DNA from: Flavobacteriales bacterium
GTDB taxonomy: Bacteria > Bacteroidota > Bacteroidia > Flavobacteriales > BACL11
Assembly (NCBI GenBank): GCA_002705205.1
Contig: PAHP01000012.1
Span: forward strand, 42,615-106,614
Length of the DNA stretch: 64,000 nt
Reading direction: 5' to 3'
The notes under the pieces are model-generated. The model was given only the letters and a program-made list of their open reading frames with translations. It did no database searches and was not told where the DNA came from. How positions within the stretch are numbered: position 1 is the first letter of the stretch; each line of letters opens with the position of its first letter. Below, piece by piece: positions 29,426 through 38,063 of this stretch. Made by a program: the position numbers and the translations under genes.

Positions 29426-29981
29426 TTTTTTAGTTTTTAACAGTGTGTTTATAATTATACTTTTTTCTCTTATATATTTTTAAAAGTTTTATATATTTTA
29501 AATTATTGTTTGTTAATAACTAACTAAATAAAATTAAAAACTAAATTTTATTTTTTTAAAAATAAAATTAAGTCAATATCAAAAATTTAAGTCAAGTAAT
29601 TTTATTGTTTTTTACTTATTAGTTTTAAATATATTTATTAACTTTTTTTAATTGTAAAAATAAAATTATTTATTATAAAATAACAGTTAATTATAGTCAT
29701 TAACAATTTTGTTTTTTTGTTAATTATATATCTAAAGTATTGATTTTTAATTTTTAATAATAAACATTATTATTATTTTTTGTCAATTACTATTAAAAAA
29801 ATACATATACAATATTTTACCTTATTTATTATTAACTAAACTAACAATTATATATAAATATTTTATATTTTATTTTAAAATTAACTAACTATAAATATAA
29901 TATATACTGTTTTTAAAATAGATTATTTATTTATTAAATAATAATTTAATACTTTTATAATCTTAATTATAAAATAATACT
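29426..29981. other. 556-bp ORF-free, extremely AT-rich divergent intergenic spacer
   Basis: By hand count there are 48 G/C in the 521 nt from 29461 to 29981 (about 9%). There are no ORFs on either strand. TTAAGTCAA occurs at 29568 and 29587, and TAACTAACTA at 29517 and 29882. Confidence 0.9.
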
Positions 29982-31994
29982 ATGAAAAAAATTATACTTT
30001 TATTAAGCAGTGCCTTAATATTTATAAATGTATTTGGACAAATAACTTTTTGTGAAAATTTTGATTCTTATACAAATGGAGATCCTATAGCAGCTACATC
30101 TGCAGATTGGGAAATTTGGCCTACCCCAACCTCTACTGATGTTAGTGTAACTAATGTTTTATCTTCAAGTGGAAGTAATTCTTTATATTTATTTTCTGGA
30201 CCAACTCAAGGAACACAAGACGTATTATTACCCTTTGGAACATCTGCTCCATATGAACTAGGTGTTTTTGAATTTTCTTCAATGTTTTATGTTAATCAAG
30301 GAACAGGTGCTTATTTTAATTTTCAAGCAGAGAATATTGCTGGAACAACATGGTCCTTAGATGTTAAGATGGATTTAGGAATAATGGTTGTAGAAAATAC
30401 AGGAAGTGGATTAAATTATTTAACTTCTACTTATCCTGAAAATCAATGGTTTGAAATAAAAGTGGTGAGTGATTTAACAAATAATATGTGGGAAGTTTTT
30501 ATTGATAACCAATCACAAGGAACATTTACTAATATAGAAAATAAAATAGCGTCATTAAACTTATATCCTATAGTAGGACATGAGTTTTATGTTGATGATG
30601 TTTGTTGGTCTTATACTGAACCAACGTTAGAAGATTTAAATGCACAAGTAATATCAGTTGCTCCTATTGCAGGTTTAACAGGACAAAATAGGTGGCCCTC
30701 TGTAGAGGTAAGAAACTTAGGACTAAACAATATTACTTCATTTGATGTTGAATTTTTATATAATGGAGTAACTCTTCAAGAATCAGTTTCTGGTGTGAAT
30801 TTAGCAACAACAGATATATATACAGTTAACTTTGATCCTTTAACAAATATGATAACATTAATAGGTGGAATAAATATAGGAACAGCAACTGTTACTAATG
30901 TAAATGGATTAGGCCCTGATGATGATCCTTCAGATGATAGTATGAATATTCAAATAGAAGCAATAGATCCGGCATTAGGAAAGTTAGTTATAGGAGAAGA
31001 AGCTACCGGAACCTGGTGTGGATGGTGTCCAAGAGGAGCAGTAGCATTAAATTGGATGGATCATGATTATGAAGGATATTGGCAGGGAATTGCAGTGCAT
31101 AATGGAGATCCAATGACAGATGCAGACTACGATAATGGACTGTTTGTTGTTCATGGAGGAAGTTATCCCTCAGGAGTAGTTGATAGAACTAATAATATAG
31201 ACCCATCTGCTTTTAAAGAAGATTTTTTACAAAGAATTACAGTTGAACCAAATGGAATAATTACAAACGGTGCAGAGTTAACAGGAAATACACTAAAAGT
31301 TAATTTAACAACTAACTTTCAAAATTCAGTAAGCGGAAGCTATAAGCTCGCATGTGTTTTGGTAGAGGATTCGGTAACAGGAACAACAAACCAATATTAT
31401 CAAGCTAATTCATATAGCGGAGGATCAGCAGGCTCATTAGTAGATGTTGATGGAAGTGATTGGGCAAACAAACCATCTCAAGTTCCAGCCTCACAAATGA
31501 TTTATCGCCATGTAGCAAGGGGAATAGCACCAAGTTTTAATGGAGGACCTCTCCCTAATACCTCATATAACAGTGGAGACTCTGAAACACTATGTTTTGA
31601 GTTCACATTAGATCCGTCTTGGGATCAATCAAAAATACATATTGTGGGAATGTTATTAGATAACAGCGGGCTTATTGATAATGCCTCCTCTACATCTATA
31701 GCCGACGCTATAAATAACGGGTATAATTCATGTGCAACCACATCAATAGGTGTAGATTTAAATGGACCGGACAGAATTAATTTTTTCCCAAATCCAGCAA
31801 CGGATAATATATACATATCAAATGTATTAAAAACAACAAACATTAAGATTTATGATATTCAAGGAAGATTAGTTTTAGAAAAAGAAACACACAATAAAGA
31901 ATATTTAAATATTTCATCTTTAGCAAAAGGAGTTTATCAAGTTACATTTGAAGGAGAGAACTATAAAGAAAAAAGAAAATTAATAAAAGAATAA
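29982..31994 (+). CDS. T9SS-secreted multidomain protein with a thioredoxin-type WCGWCP motif (Omp28-related/thioredoxin-like) and a type-A C-terminal sorting domain
   Basis: 670 aa with a signal peptide. EEATGTWCGWCPRGAV is encoded around 31014..31031. The C-terminus INFFPNPATDNIYIS...IYDIQGRLV...LAKGVYQVTF is a T9SS CTD. Confidence 0.8.
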   Translation: MKKIILLLSSALIFINVFGQITFCENFDSYTNGDPIAATSADWEIWPTPTSTDVSVTNVLSSSGSNSLYLFSGPTQGTQDVLLPFGTSAPYELGVFEFSSMFYVNQGTGAYFNFQAENIAGTTWSLDVKMDLGIMVVENTGSGLNYLTSTYPENQWFEIKVVSDLTNNMWEVFIDNQSQGTFTNIENKIASLNLYPIVGHEFYVDDVCWSYTEPTLEDLNAQVISVAPIAGLTGQNRWPSVEVRNLGLNNITSFDVEFLYNGVTLQESVSGVNLATTDIYTVNFDPLTNMITLIGGINIGTATVTNVNGLGPDDDPSDDSMNIQIEAIDPALGKLVIGEEATGTWCGWCPRGAVALNWMDHDYEGYWQGIAVHNGDPMTDADYDNGLFVVHGGSYPSGVVDRTNNIDPSAFKEDFLQRITVEPNGIITNGAELTGNTLKVNLTTNFQNSVSGSYKLACVLVEDSVTGTTNQYYQANSYSGGSAGSLVDVDGSDWANKPSQVPASQMIYRHVARGIAPSFNGGPLPNTSYNSGDSETLCFEFTLDPSWDQSKIHIVGMLLDNSGLIDNASSTSIADAINNGYNSCATTSIGVDLNGPDRINFFPNPATDNIYISNVLKTTNIKIYDIQGRLVLEKETHNKEYLNISSLAKGVYQVTFEGENYKEKRKLIKE

Positions 31995-34127
31995 TTAAAC
32001 CAAAATAAAATCCATTTGCTTTCTTTCTAAGTCAGCTTTTTTAATTTTAATTTTAATTTTTTGCCCTAATTGATAACTGACTTTTGATCGGCACCCAATT
32101 AGGGCATGTTTTTTTTCATCGTAAATATAATGATCGTCTTTAATACTACTAACCCTTACAAGCCCCTCACACCTATTAGCAATAATTTCAACATATAAAC
32201 CCCACTCAGTTACACCAGAAATAATTCCATCATATTTTTCTCCAACCTTATTTTTAAGAAATTTAACCTGCATATACTTAACAGAGTCTCTTTCGGCCTG
32301 TGATGCTTTTTTTTCTTTTTCAGAACAGTGCTTACACAGCTCTTCTAATTCGTTTTGTTTTGTTGGTTTTGCGCCGCTAATATATTTATCTAATAGACGA
32401 TGAACAACTAAATCAGGATATCTTCTTATAGGAGAGGTAAAATGCGAATAATAACCAAAAGACAATCCATAATGCCCTATGTTTTTGGTTGTATAAATAG
32501 CCTTAGCCATTGACCGTATAGTTAGGGTTTCTACCATTTGCTGCTCTTTTTTCCCCTTTATATTTTTAAGCAAAACATTTAATGATTTTGAAAGCAGGCG
32601 AGCACTATTATTGTTAATAGAATAACCAAGCTTCTTCACAATATTAGTAAGGCTTGAAATTTTGTCATTATCAGGTAAATCATGAACCCTATACACAAAA
32701 GGCTTCGCACTTTTTTTAGGAAAGCCAATGTGTTTTGCAATAGTTTTGTTAGCTAAAAGCATAAACTCTTCAATTAGGTGGTTTGTTCCCAAACTCTCTT
32801 TAAAAAAAACATCAATAGGGTTTTTTTTATCATCTAAAACAAACTTAACCTCCGAGCTTTCAAAGCCTATAGACCCTTCTTCCCATCTCTTTTTTCGTAA
32901 TTTTTTAGAGATGTTGCTTAATAAAAGAAGCTCCTGAGAGAAGCAGCCCTTTTTACTATCTATTATTTTTTGTGCTGTTTGATAGGTGAATCTCTTGTTA
33001 GAGTGGATAACCGTTTTTAAAATACGGTAGTTTAGTAAATTAGAGTCCTCATCCATTTCAAAAAGGACAGAATAAGCTAGGCGGTCAACATTTGGTTTTA
33101 AAGAACAAAGGTTGTTTGACAAAAACTCGGGTAACATGGGGATTACTCTATCAACCAAATATACAGAGGTGGCTCTTTCAAAAGCCTCAACATCAATAAC
33201 ACCCCCCTCAACAACATAATAAGAAACATCAGCGATATGTACACCAATCTCCCAGCGACCACCATCTAGTTTTTTTACAGACAAAGCGTCGTCAAAATCC
33301 TTAGCGTCTTTTGGGTCAATTGTAAAGGTTGTTGTTTTTCTTAAATCTAACCGATTTAATATTTCTTTTTTAGAAATAACCTCATTTATTTTATTAGCAG
33401 AGTCGGTAACTTTAGCGGGAAATTTTGGGTCAAAACCATAATCATATAAGATAGAATTTATTTCAGTGTCATGATTGTTAATATCACCGATAATACCAAT
33501 AACCCTTCCGACAGGGTTTTTAAAACCACTATTCCACCCCTCAATTCGAACTAAAACTTTTTTGTTTAAATGTTCTTTTTTTACAGATTTTTCATTCAAA
33601 AAAACATCAAAAGAAACTCTTTTGTCATCTGGAATTAAAAAATAACTAGAAGAGGAGTTATCAATCACCCCCACAAATTCGGTCTTTTTTCTTTCAACAA
33701 CACGAATAACCTCACCCGCTTGTTTCTTTTTTCTTTTTGGAAATAAAACAACCTCCACTTCGTCTCCTGCTAATGAAAACAAACTATACTCTCTAGGTAT
33801 AAAAATCTCATCACCCCCATCAAGGCCCACATAAACACCTTTTTTGTTTGTGTTTTTTACAACAGAAAATAGTGTAGTTGTTTTTTCTATTAATCGATAC
33901 CTCCCCCTTTGAATCTCTTCTATAATTTTTGATTCGGCCATTTCTTTCATAACATCAATCAACTGAATCTTAACCCCCATTTCTTTAATTCGAAGAGCTT
34001 TACTTACCTGTTTATAATTCAGTCTTTTTTTTGGGTTTTCTCTAAAAAAAGAAAGAAGTAAATCAAATAATTTTGTATTTGAAAACCCTTCTTTTCTTTT
34101 TTTTCTTGACTTTTTCTTTTTCTTCAT
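31995..34127 (-). CDS. rnr: Ribonuclease R
   Basis: 710 aa with a basic N-terminus, RNB domain motifs (DPKDAKDFDDALS, HYGL...YSHFTSPIRRYPDL) and a C-terminal S1 domain. Confidence 0.95.
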   Translation of the reverse strand: MKKKKKSRKKRKEGFSNTKLFDLLLSFFRENPKKRLNYKQVSKALRIKEMGVKIQLIDVMKEMAESKIIEEIQRGRYRLIEKTTTLFSVVKNTNKKGVYVGLDGGDEIFIPREYSLFSLAGDEVEVVLFPKRKKKQAGEVIRVVERKKTEFVGVIDNSSSSYFLIPDDKRVSFDVFLNEKSVKKEHLNKKVLVRIEGWNSGFKNPVGRVIGIIGDINNHDTEINSILYDYGFDPKFPAKVTDSANKINEVISKKEILNRLDLRKTTTFTIDPKDAKDFDDALSVKKLDGGRWEIGVHIADVSYYVVEGGVIDVEAFERATSVYLVDRVIPMLPEFLSNNLCSLKPNVDRLAYSVLFEMDEDSNLLNYRILKTVIHSNKRFTYQTAQKIIDSKKGCFSQELLLLSNISKKLRKKRWEEGSIGFESSEVKFVLDDKKNPIDVFFKESLGTNHLIEEFMLLANKTIAKHIGFPKKSAKPFVYRVHDLPDNDKISSLTNIVKKLGYSINNNSARLLSKSLNVLLKNIKGKKEQQMVETLTIRSMAKAIYTTKNIGHYGLSFGYYSHFTSPIRRYPDLVVHRLLDKYISGAKPTKQNELEELCKHCSEKEKKASQAERDSVKYMQVKFLKNKVGEKYDGIISGVTEWGLYVEIIANRCEGLVRVSSIKDDHYIYDEKKHALIGCRSKVSYQLGQKIKIKIKKADLERKQMDFILV

Positions 34128-34138
34128 GTTTTGTGGGG

Positions 34139-34146
34139 CAAAAATA
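34139..34146 (-). promoter_or_regulatory. -7 promoter box TATTTTTG upstream of rnr
   Basis: The plus strand reads caaaaata. It lies 11 nt upstream of the rnr ATG, which would leave a very short leader. Confidence 0.3.
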
Positions 34147-34162
34147 ATAGTAAATTTACCAA

Positions 34163-34414
34163 GTGAAACTCCTTAAAATAAAACATATCATTATTCTTTT
34201 GTTAAGTGTTTTGATTTTTAGCTCTTGCAGAACAAAAAAAACATTTAACGGAACATCAAACTTAGACTGCCCTGATTATAATGAGTCGGAATTACAGTCA
34301 AGCATAAAAGAAAAGACAAAATCAAAATGGAGGCTTGTGCTCTATAAGGACGGAAAAAAAATTGGGAGAAAATCAAAAAAAGGAAAAAGAAGACTATTTA
34401 AAAATAAAAACTAA
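34163..34414 (+). CDS. Small basic lipoprotein, unknown function
   Basis: 83 aa, GTG start, lipobox LIFSSC, Lys/Arg-rich C-terminus (KKIGRKSKKGKRRLFKNKN). Confidence 0.45.
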   Translation: MKLLKIKHIIILLLSVLIFSSCRTKKTFNGTSNLDCPDYNESELQSSIKEKTKSKWRLVLYKDGKKIGRKSKKGKRRLFKNKN

Positions 34415-34475
34415 TATTTTGTAACCAAGCCTGCGCCATAGTCGTTATCTATTATATAATCTAGATAAAACGACC

Positions 34476-35459
34476 ATGAAAAAATTCCTAAGCATGATTA
34501 TTGTTTTTCCTGTTTTGCTTGTCGCACAAACAACAAACAAAACACAGGTTGCAATACCAAAACAGGTAACACTAGAAAAAACAATTACAACAGTTGTAAC
34601 AGACAATACGGGGTTAAACTGGATTGGAACCCTTGATGGCTTAATTTGTTACGATGGAAAAAGGTGGCATGAAATTAACAAAAAAAACAGCATTATTCCA
34701 TCAAACAAAATACTTTCAATTGCAGTTTATGGAGACTCTAAATATATAGGAACCACAGAGGGGCTTTTAGAGATAAAAAATAATGAGTGGAAGGTTTTCA
34801 CAACACAAAACAGTAAACTACCATCAAACAAAATAAGAAAAATAATTATTAAAAATAACACCATTTGGATGGCTACAGCAAAAGGATTAACAAGTTTTAA
34901 TGGTGACTTTGAGGTTCTTTTGTCTGTAGAGAATAATGGAATTATGGATGATAATTTTATTTCGATGTCTATAGATCATAATAATACGATTTGGTTAGGA
35001 ACCAACAACGGACTATATAGTTTTGAAAAAAACATTTGGAGGGTTTTTACTACAAAAAACTCGAATCTTCCAAGTAATAAAATATGGGGTATTGTTATTG
35101 ATAGTGAGAATAGAAAGTGGTTTGGAACAAAAAAAGGAATAGCAACCCTTTTAAATGATGAGTGGGCGCTGTTTAATAAAAAAAACACACCCATAAAAAC
35201 CAACCTTATAAGGTCAATAACCTTTGATGATTATGATAGAGTTTGGGTAGGAACAGAAAAAAACATAACATCTTATGATGGAGAAAAATGGAAAAAACAC
35301 AAAATAACAAAGAAACACACTTTTGTAACAAATATGTTTATTGACAGTTTTGATAACAAGTGGATTTGCACGCCAAAGAATGTAATTGTATATAATGATG
35401 ATGGTGTGGAATTTAAAGACAACATAATAACTAATAATAGTGTTATAGTTAGTAAATAA
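34476..35459 (+). CDS. Secreted stand-alone two-component-regulator propeller (Reg_prop) repeat protein
   Basis: 327 aa with a signal peptide and about 6-7 repeats of the pattern GTxxGLxxYDGxxWxxFxxxNSxLPSNxIxxI. It has no kinase or other output domain. Confidence 0.7.
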   Translation: MKKFLSMIIVFPVLLVAQTTNKTQVAIPKQVTLEKTITTVVTDNTGLNWIGTLDGLICYDGKRWHEINKKNSIIPSNKILSIAVYGDSKYIGTTEGLLEIKNNEWKVFTTQNSKLPSNKIRKIIIKNNTIWMATAKGLTSFNGDFEVLLSVENNGIMDDNFISMSIDHNNTIWLGTNNGLYSFEKNIWRVFTTKNSNLPSNKIWGIVIDSENRKWFGTKKGIATLLNDEWALFNKKNTPIKTNLIRSITFDDYDRVWVGTEKNITSYDGEKWKKHKITKKHTFVTNMFIDSFDNKWICTPKNVIVYNDDGVEFKDNIITNNSVIVSK

Positions 35460-35510
35460 TAAATCAAAATAGTCGTTTATAAATAGATATTTTGGTTAAT
35501 ACGCAAAAAG

Positions 35511-35540
35511 TCCAGCTGTAGCTGGATTTTTTGTTTTTTT
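35511..35540 (+). terminator. Rho-independent terminator after the propeller gene
   Basis: aaaaagTCCAGCtgtaGCTGGAttttttgttttttt: a 6-bp GC-rich stem followed by a T-run. Confidence 0.7.
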
Positions 35541-35555
35541 TAATAAATAAAAAAA

Positions 35556-35579
35556 AGAGGCCTACATGAGTAGGTCTCT
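35556..35579. terminator. Second hairpin terminator, usable from either strand (downstream of tRNA-Asn on the minus strand)
   Basis: AGAGGCCTAC-atga-GTAGGTCTCT is flanked by an A8 run upstream and a T7 run downstream. The stem has one G-U pair in the plus-strand RNA and one A-C mismatch in the minus-strand RNA. Confidence 0.6.
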
Positions 35580-35589
35580 TTTTTTAGTG

Positions 35590-35663
35590 CTCCCCCTCTA
35601 GGACTCGAACCTAGGACCCTCTGATTAACAGTCAGATGCTCTAACCAGCTGAGCTAAGGAGGA
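35590..35663 (-). tRNA. tRNA-Asn (anticodon GTT)
   Basis: Hand-folded 74 nt: acceptor TCCTCCT/AGGGGGA, D arm GCTC-AGCTGGTTA-GAGC, anticodon arm TCTGA-CTGTTAA-TCAGA, T arm CTAGG-TTCGAGT-CCTAG, discriminator G. CCA is not encoded. Confidence 0.95.
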
Positions 35664-35714
35664 GTGTTTCTTAAAAACGACTGCAAAAATAGAAGAACGG
35701 ATTAAATAATACAA

Positions 35715-35722
35715 TATATTTG
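35715..35722 (+). promoter_or_regulatory. -7 promoter box TATATTTG upstream of the PfkB kinase gene
   Basis: Exact TAnnTTTG match 13 nt upstream of ATG 35736. Confidence 0.4.
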
Positions 35723-35735
35723 CAAAAAATAATTT

Positions 35736-36650
35736 ATGAGCATATTAGTAGTAGGAACAGTAGCTTTTGATGCAATTGAAACCCCTTTTGGAAAAACAGA
35801 TAAAATTATTGGAGGAGCAGCAACATATATTTGTTTGTCGTCATCATTTTTCAACAATAAAATCAATCTAGTTTCTGTAGTTGGAGAAGACTTCCCAGAT
35901 AGTGCAATACAAACGTTAAAAGAAAAGAAAGTAGACGTAACAGGATTACAGATAAAAAAAGGAGAAAAGACCTTTTTCTGGTCAGGAAAGTATCATGAAA
36001 ACATGAATAGAAGAGACACTCTTGAAACACAGTTAAACGTTTTAGAAAACTTTAACCCAATTGTTCCTGAAGAATTTAAAAAATCAGAATATTTAATGTT
36101 AGGAAACCTCATGCCTTCAGTTCAGAAAAAAGTTCTTTCTCAGATGAAAAAAAAGCCAAAGTTAATCGTTTTAGATACTATGAATTTTTGGATGGACTTA
36201 TTTATGGATGACTTAAAAGAAGCGCTTAAAGAGGTTGATGTCTTAACAATTAACGACGAGGAAGCAAGACAGCTTTCAGGAGAATACTCATTAGTAAAGG
36301 CAGCTAAAATCATTTTATCAAAAGGGCCTAAGTGCGTAATTATAAAAAAAGGAGAGCATGGGGCACTATTGTTTAATGAAAAAGAAGTTTTCTTTGCCCC
36401 AGCATTACCATTAGAAGAGGTTTGTGATCCAACTGGAGCGGGAGATTGTTTTGCAGGGGGGTTTATAGGTTATTTGGCAAAAACAGATGACATTTCATTT
36501 GAAAACATGAAACGAGCTGTGATTAATGGGTCTGCAATGGCATCATTTTGTGTTGAAAAATTTGGAACACAAAAACTAACCGAAATAAATCAAAGCGATG
36601 TTGATTTTAGGGTTAAGGAATTTGTTAATTTGGTGAATTTTGAAATATAA
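35736..36650 (+). CDS. PfkB family carbohydrate kinase
   Basis: 304 aa with the ribokinase-family signature DPTGAGDCFAGGF. Confidence 0.85.
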   Translation: MSILVVGTVAFDAIETPFGKTDKIIGGAATYICLSSSFFNNKINLVSVVGEDFPDSAIQTLKEKKVDVTGLQIKKGEKTFFWSGKYHENMNRRDTLETQLNVLENFNPIVPEEFKKSEYLMLGNLMPSVQKKVLSQMKKKPKLIVLDTMNFWMDLFMDDLKEALKEVDVLTINDEEARQLSGEYSLVKAAKIILSKGPKCVIIKKGEHGALLFNEKEVFFAPALPLEEVCDPTGAGDCFAGGFIGYLAKTDDISFENMKRAVINGSAMASFCVEKFGTQKLTEINQSDVDFRVKEFVNLVNFEI

Positions 36651-37130
36651 TTAAAACAACAAATTATCTGTATTTGCAACATTATTTTCATACCATTGGT
36701 CGGCAATTAAGGCGTTACTTTCAGCCGCTTGTACTGCTAAAAAATCACACCTTTCGTTTTCTGTGTTGTTTGAGTGTCCTTTTACCCAAATAAAACTAAC
36801 ATTTTGTTTTCGATAAACACATAAAAACCTAATCCACAAATCAGCATTTTTCTTTTTTTTGAAGTTATTTTTCTCCCAACTAAAAACCCATTTTTTTTCA
36901 ACCGAATTAATCACATATTTTGAGTCCGAATAAATAATAATACTAGAATTATTTTTTTTAACATTTTCAAGAGCAATAATTACAGCTAAAAGCTCCATTC
37001 TATTGTTTGTAGTAAGCCTAAACCCGCCAGAAAGCTCTTTTCTATATTCTCCGCTTATTAATACAATTCCATACCCACCCCTTCCAGGATTTCCTTTAGC
37101 AGAGCCATCAGTATAAACAATAATAGACAT
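36651..37130 (-). CDS. rnhA: Ribonuclease HI
   Basis: 159 aa with VYTDGSAKGNPGRGGYG, TNNRMEL and WVKGHSNNTENERCD. Confidence 0.92.
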   Translation of the reverse strand: MSIIVYTDGSAKGNPGRGGYGIVLISGEYRKELSGGFRLTTNNRMELLAVIIALENVKKNNSSIIIYSDSKYVINSVEKKWVFSWEKNNFKKKKNADLWIRFLCVYRKQNVSFIWVKGHSNNTENERCDFLAVQAAESNALIADQWYENNVANTDNLLF

Positions 37131-37700
37131 TTAATTAGATAATATTATTTGTTCAATTGTTTTTGGAAAATAGGCAAATTCTAAAACACGTATTTTTTTT
37201 TCTAAACTGTCAAGGGTTTCTTTTTTGGAGATGCGACATGATTTTTGTAAAATAATCTTTCCCTCATCATAATTTTGATTTACAAAATGAATTGTAATAC
37301 CACTTTCTGTTTCATGATTTTCTAAAACAGCTTTATGAACACTCTTTCCATACATTCCCTTTCCTCCATATTTTGGCAGTAAGGAGGGGTGGATGTTGAT
37401 GATTTTATTTGGGTAAGAGGATATCATTTTAGGTGATATTTTTAGTAAGAAACCAGAAAGAACAATATAATCAACATCATATTTTTTCATTATTTGGAGC
37501 ACCTCAAAACAACTATTTAAATCACCCTTATTTGTATATACGATTGGTAGGTTAAGTTTTTTGGCCCTTTTAACAATAAAAGCATCTTTTTTATTCGTGC
37601 ATATTAATACCACCCTAATATCAGTAGAGTTAGAAAAATAATTATAAATATTTTCTGCATTACTTCCTGAACCCGAACCAAAAATTGCTATATTTTTCAA
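37131..37700 (-). CDS. purN: Phosphoribosylglycinamide formyltransferase
   Basis: 189 aa, TTG start, with IAIFGSGSGSNAENI and INIHPSLLPKYGG. Confidence 0.92.
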   Translation of the reverse strand: MKNIAIFGSGSGSNAENIYNYFSNSTDIRVVLICTNKKDAFIVKRAKKLNLPIVYTNKGDLNSCFEVLQIMKKYDVDYIVLSGFLLKISPKMISSYPNKIINIHPSLLPKYGGKGMYGKSVHKAVLENHETESGITIHFVNQNYDEGKIILQKSCRISKKETLDSLEKKIRVLEFAYFPKTIEQIILSN

Positions 37701-37716
37701 ATGGTTAAATTTTTAT

Positions 37717-37724
37717 CAAAAATA
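37717..37724 (-). promoter_or_regulatory. -7 promoter box TATTTTTG upstream of purN-rnhA
   Basis: The plus strand reads caaaaata, 16 nt upstream of the purN TTG start. Confidence 0.4.
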
Positions 37725-37820
37725 CTATAAACAAGTAGATGTTAAAATAGAAAAGAATAAAGTTTGCAAATTCTTTATTTTATAGTTTTATTTGCACCTT
37801 ATTAACTAAAACATTTAAAC

Positions 37821-38057
37821 ATGTCAGATGTAGCAGAAAAAGTAAAAGCAATTATTGTTGATAATCTAGGCGTTGATGCTAGCGAAGTAACTGCAGAAGC
37901 AAATTTTACAAATGATTTAGGGGCAGACTCATTAGATACCGTTGAACTGATTATGGAATTTGAAAAAGAATTTGATATTCAAATCCCAGATGATAAAGCT
38001 GAGGCAATTGCAAATGTTGGTGATGCAATTTCTTTTATCGAAGGAGCTAAATCATAA
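37821..38057 (+). CDS. acpP: Acyl carrier protein
   Basis: 78 aa with the phosphopantetheine site [16 protein letters not shown]. Confidence 0.97.
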   Translation: MSDVAEKVKAIIVDNLGVDASEVTAEANFTNDLGADSLDTVELIMEFEKEFDIQIPDDKAEAIANVGDAISFIEGAKS

Positions 38058-38063
38058 AAACAC

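Noticed and set aside
29426-29981. Replication origin (oriC) in the extremely AT-rich spacer
   Set aside because: I found no DnaA boxes (TTATCCACA or its complement) inside the spacer, and no dnaA, dnaN or gidA-type neighbours. The flanking genes are rpiB and a T9SS cargo gene.
34128-35663. tRNA-Asn-associated genomic island covering the lipoprotein and propeller genes
   Set aside because: There is no integrase or other mobility gene. I found no direct repeat of the tRNA 3' end (tgctccccctctaggactcgaacc) elsewhere in the interval. Only two genes lie between rnr and the tRNA.
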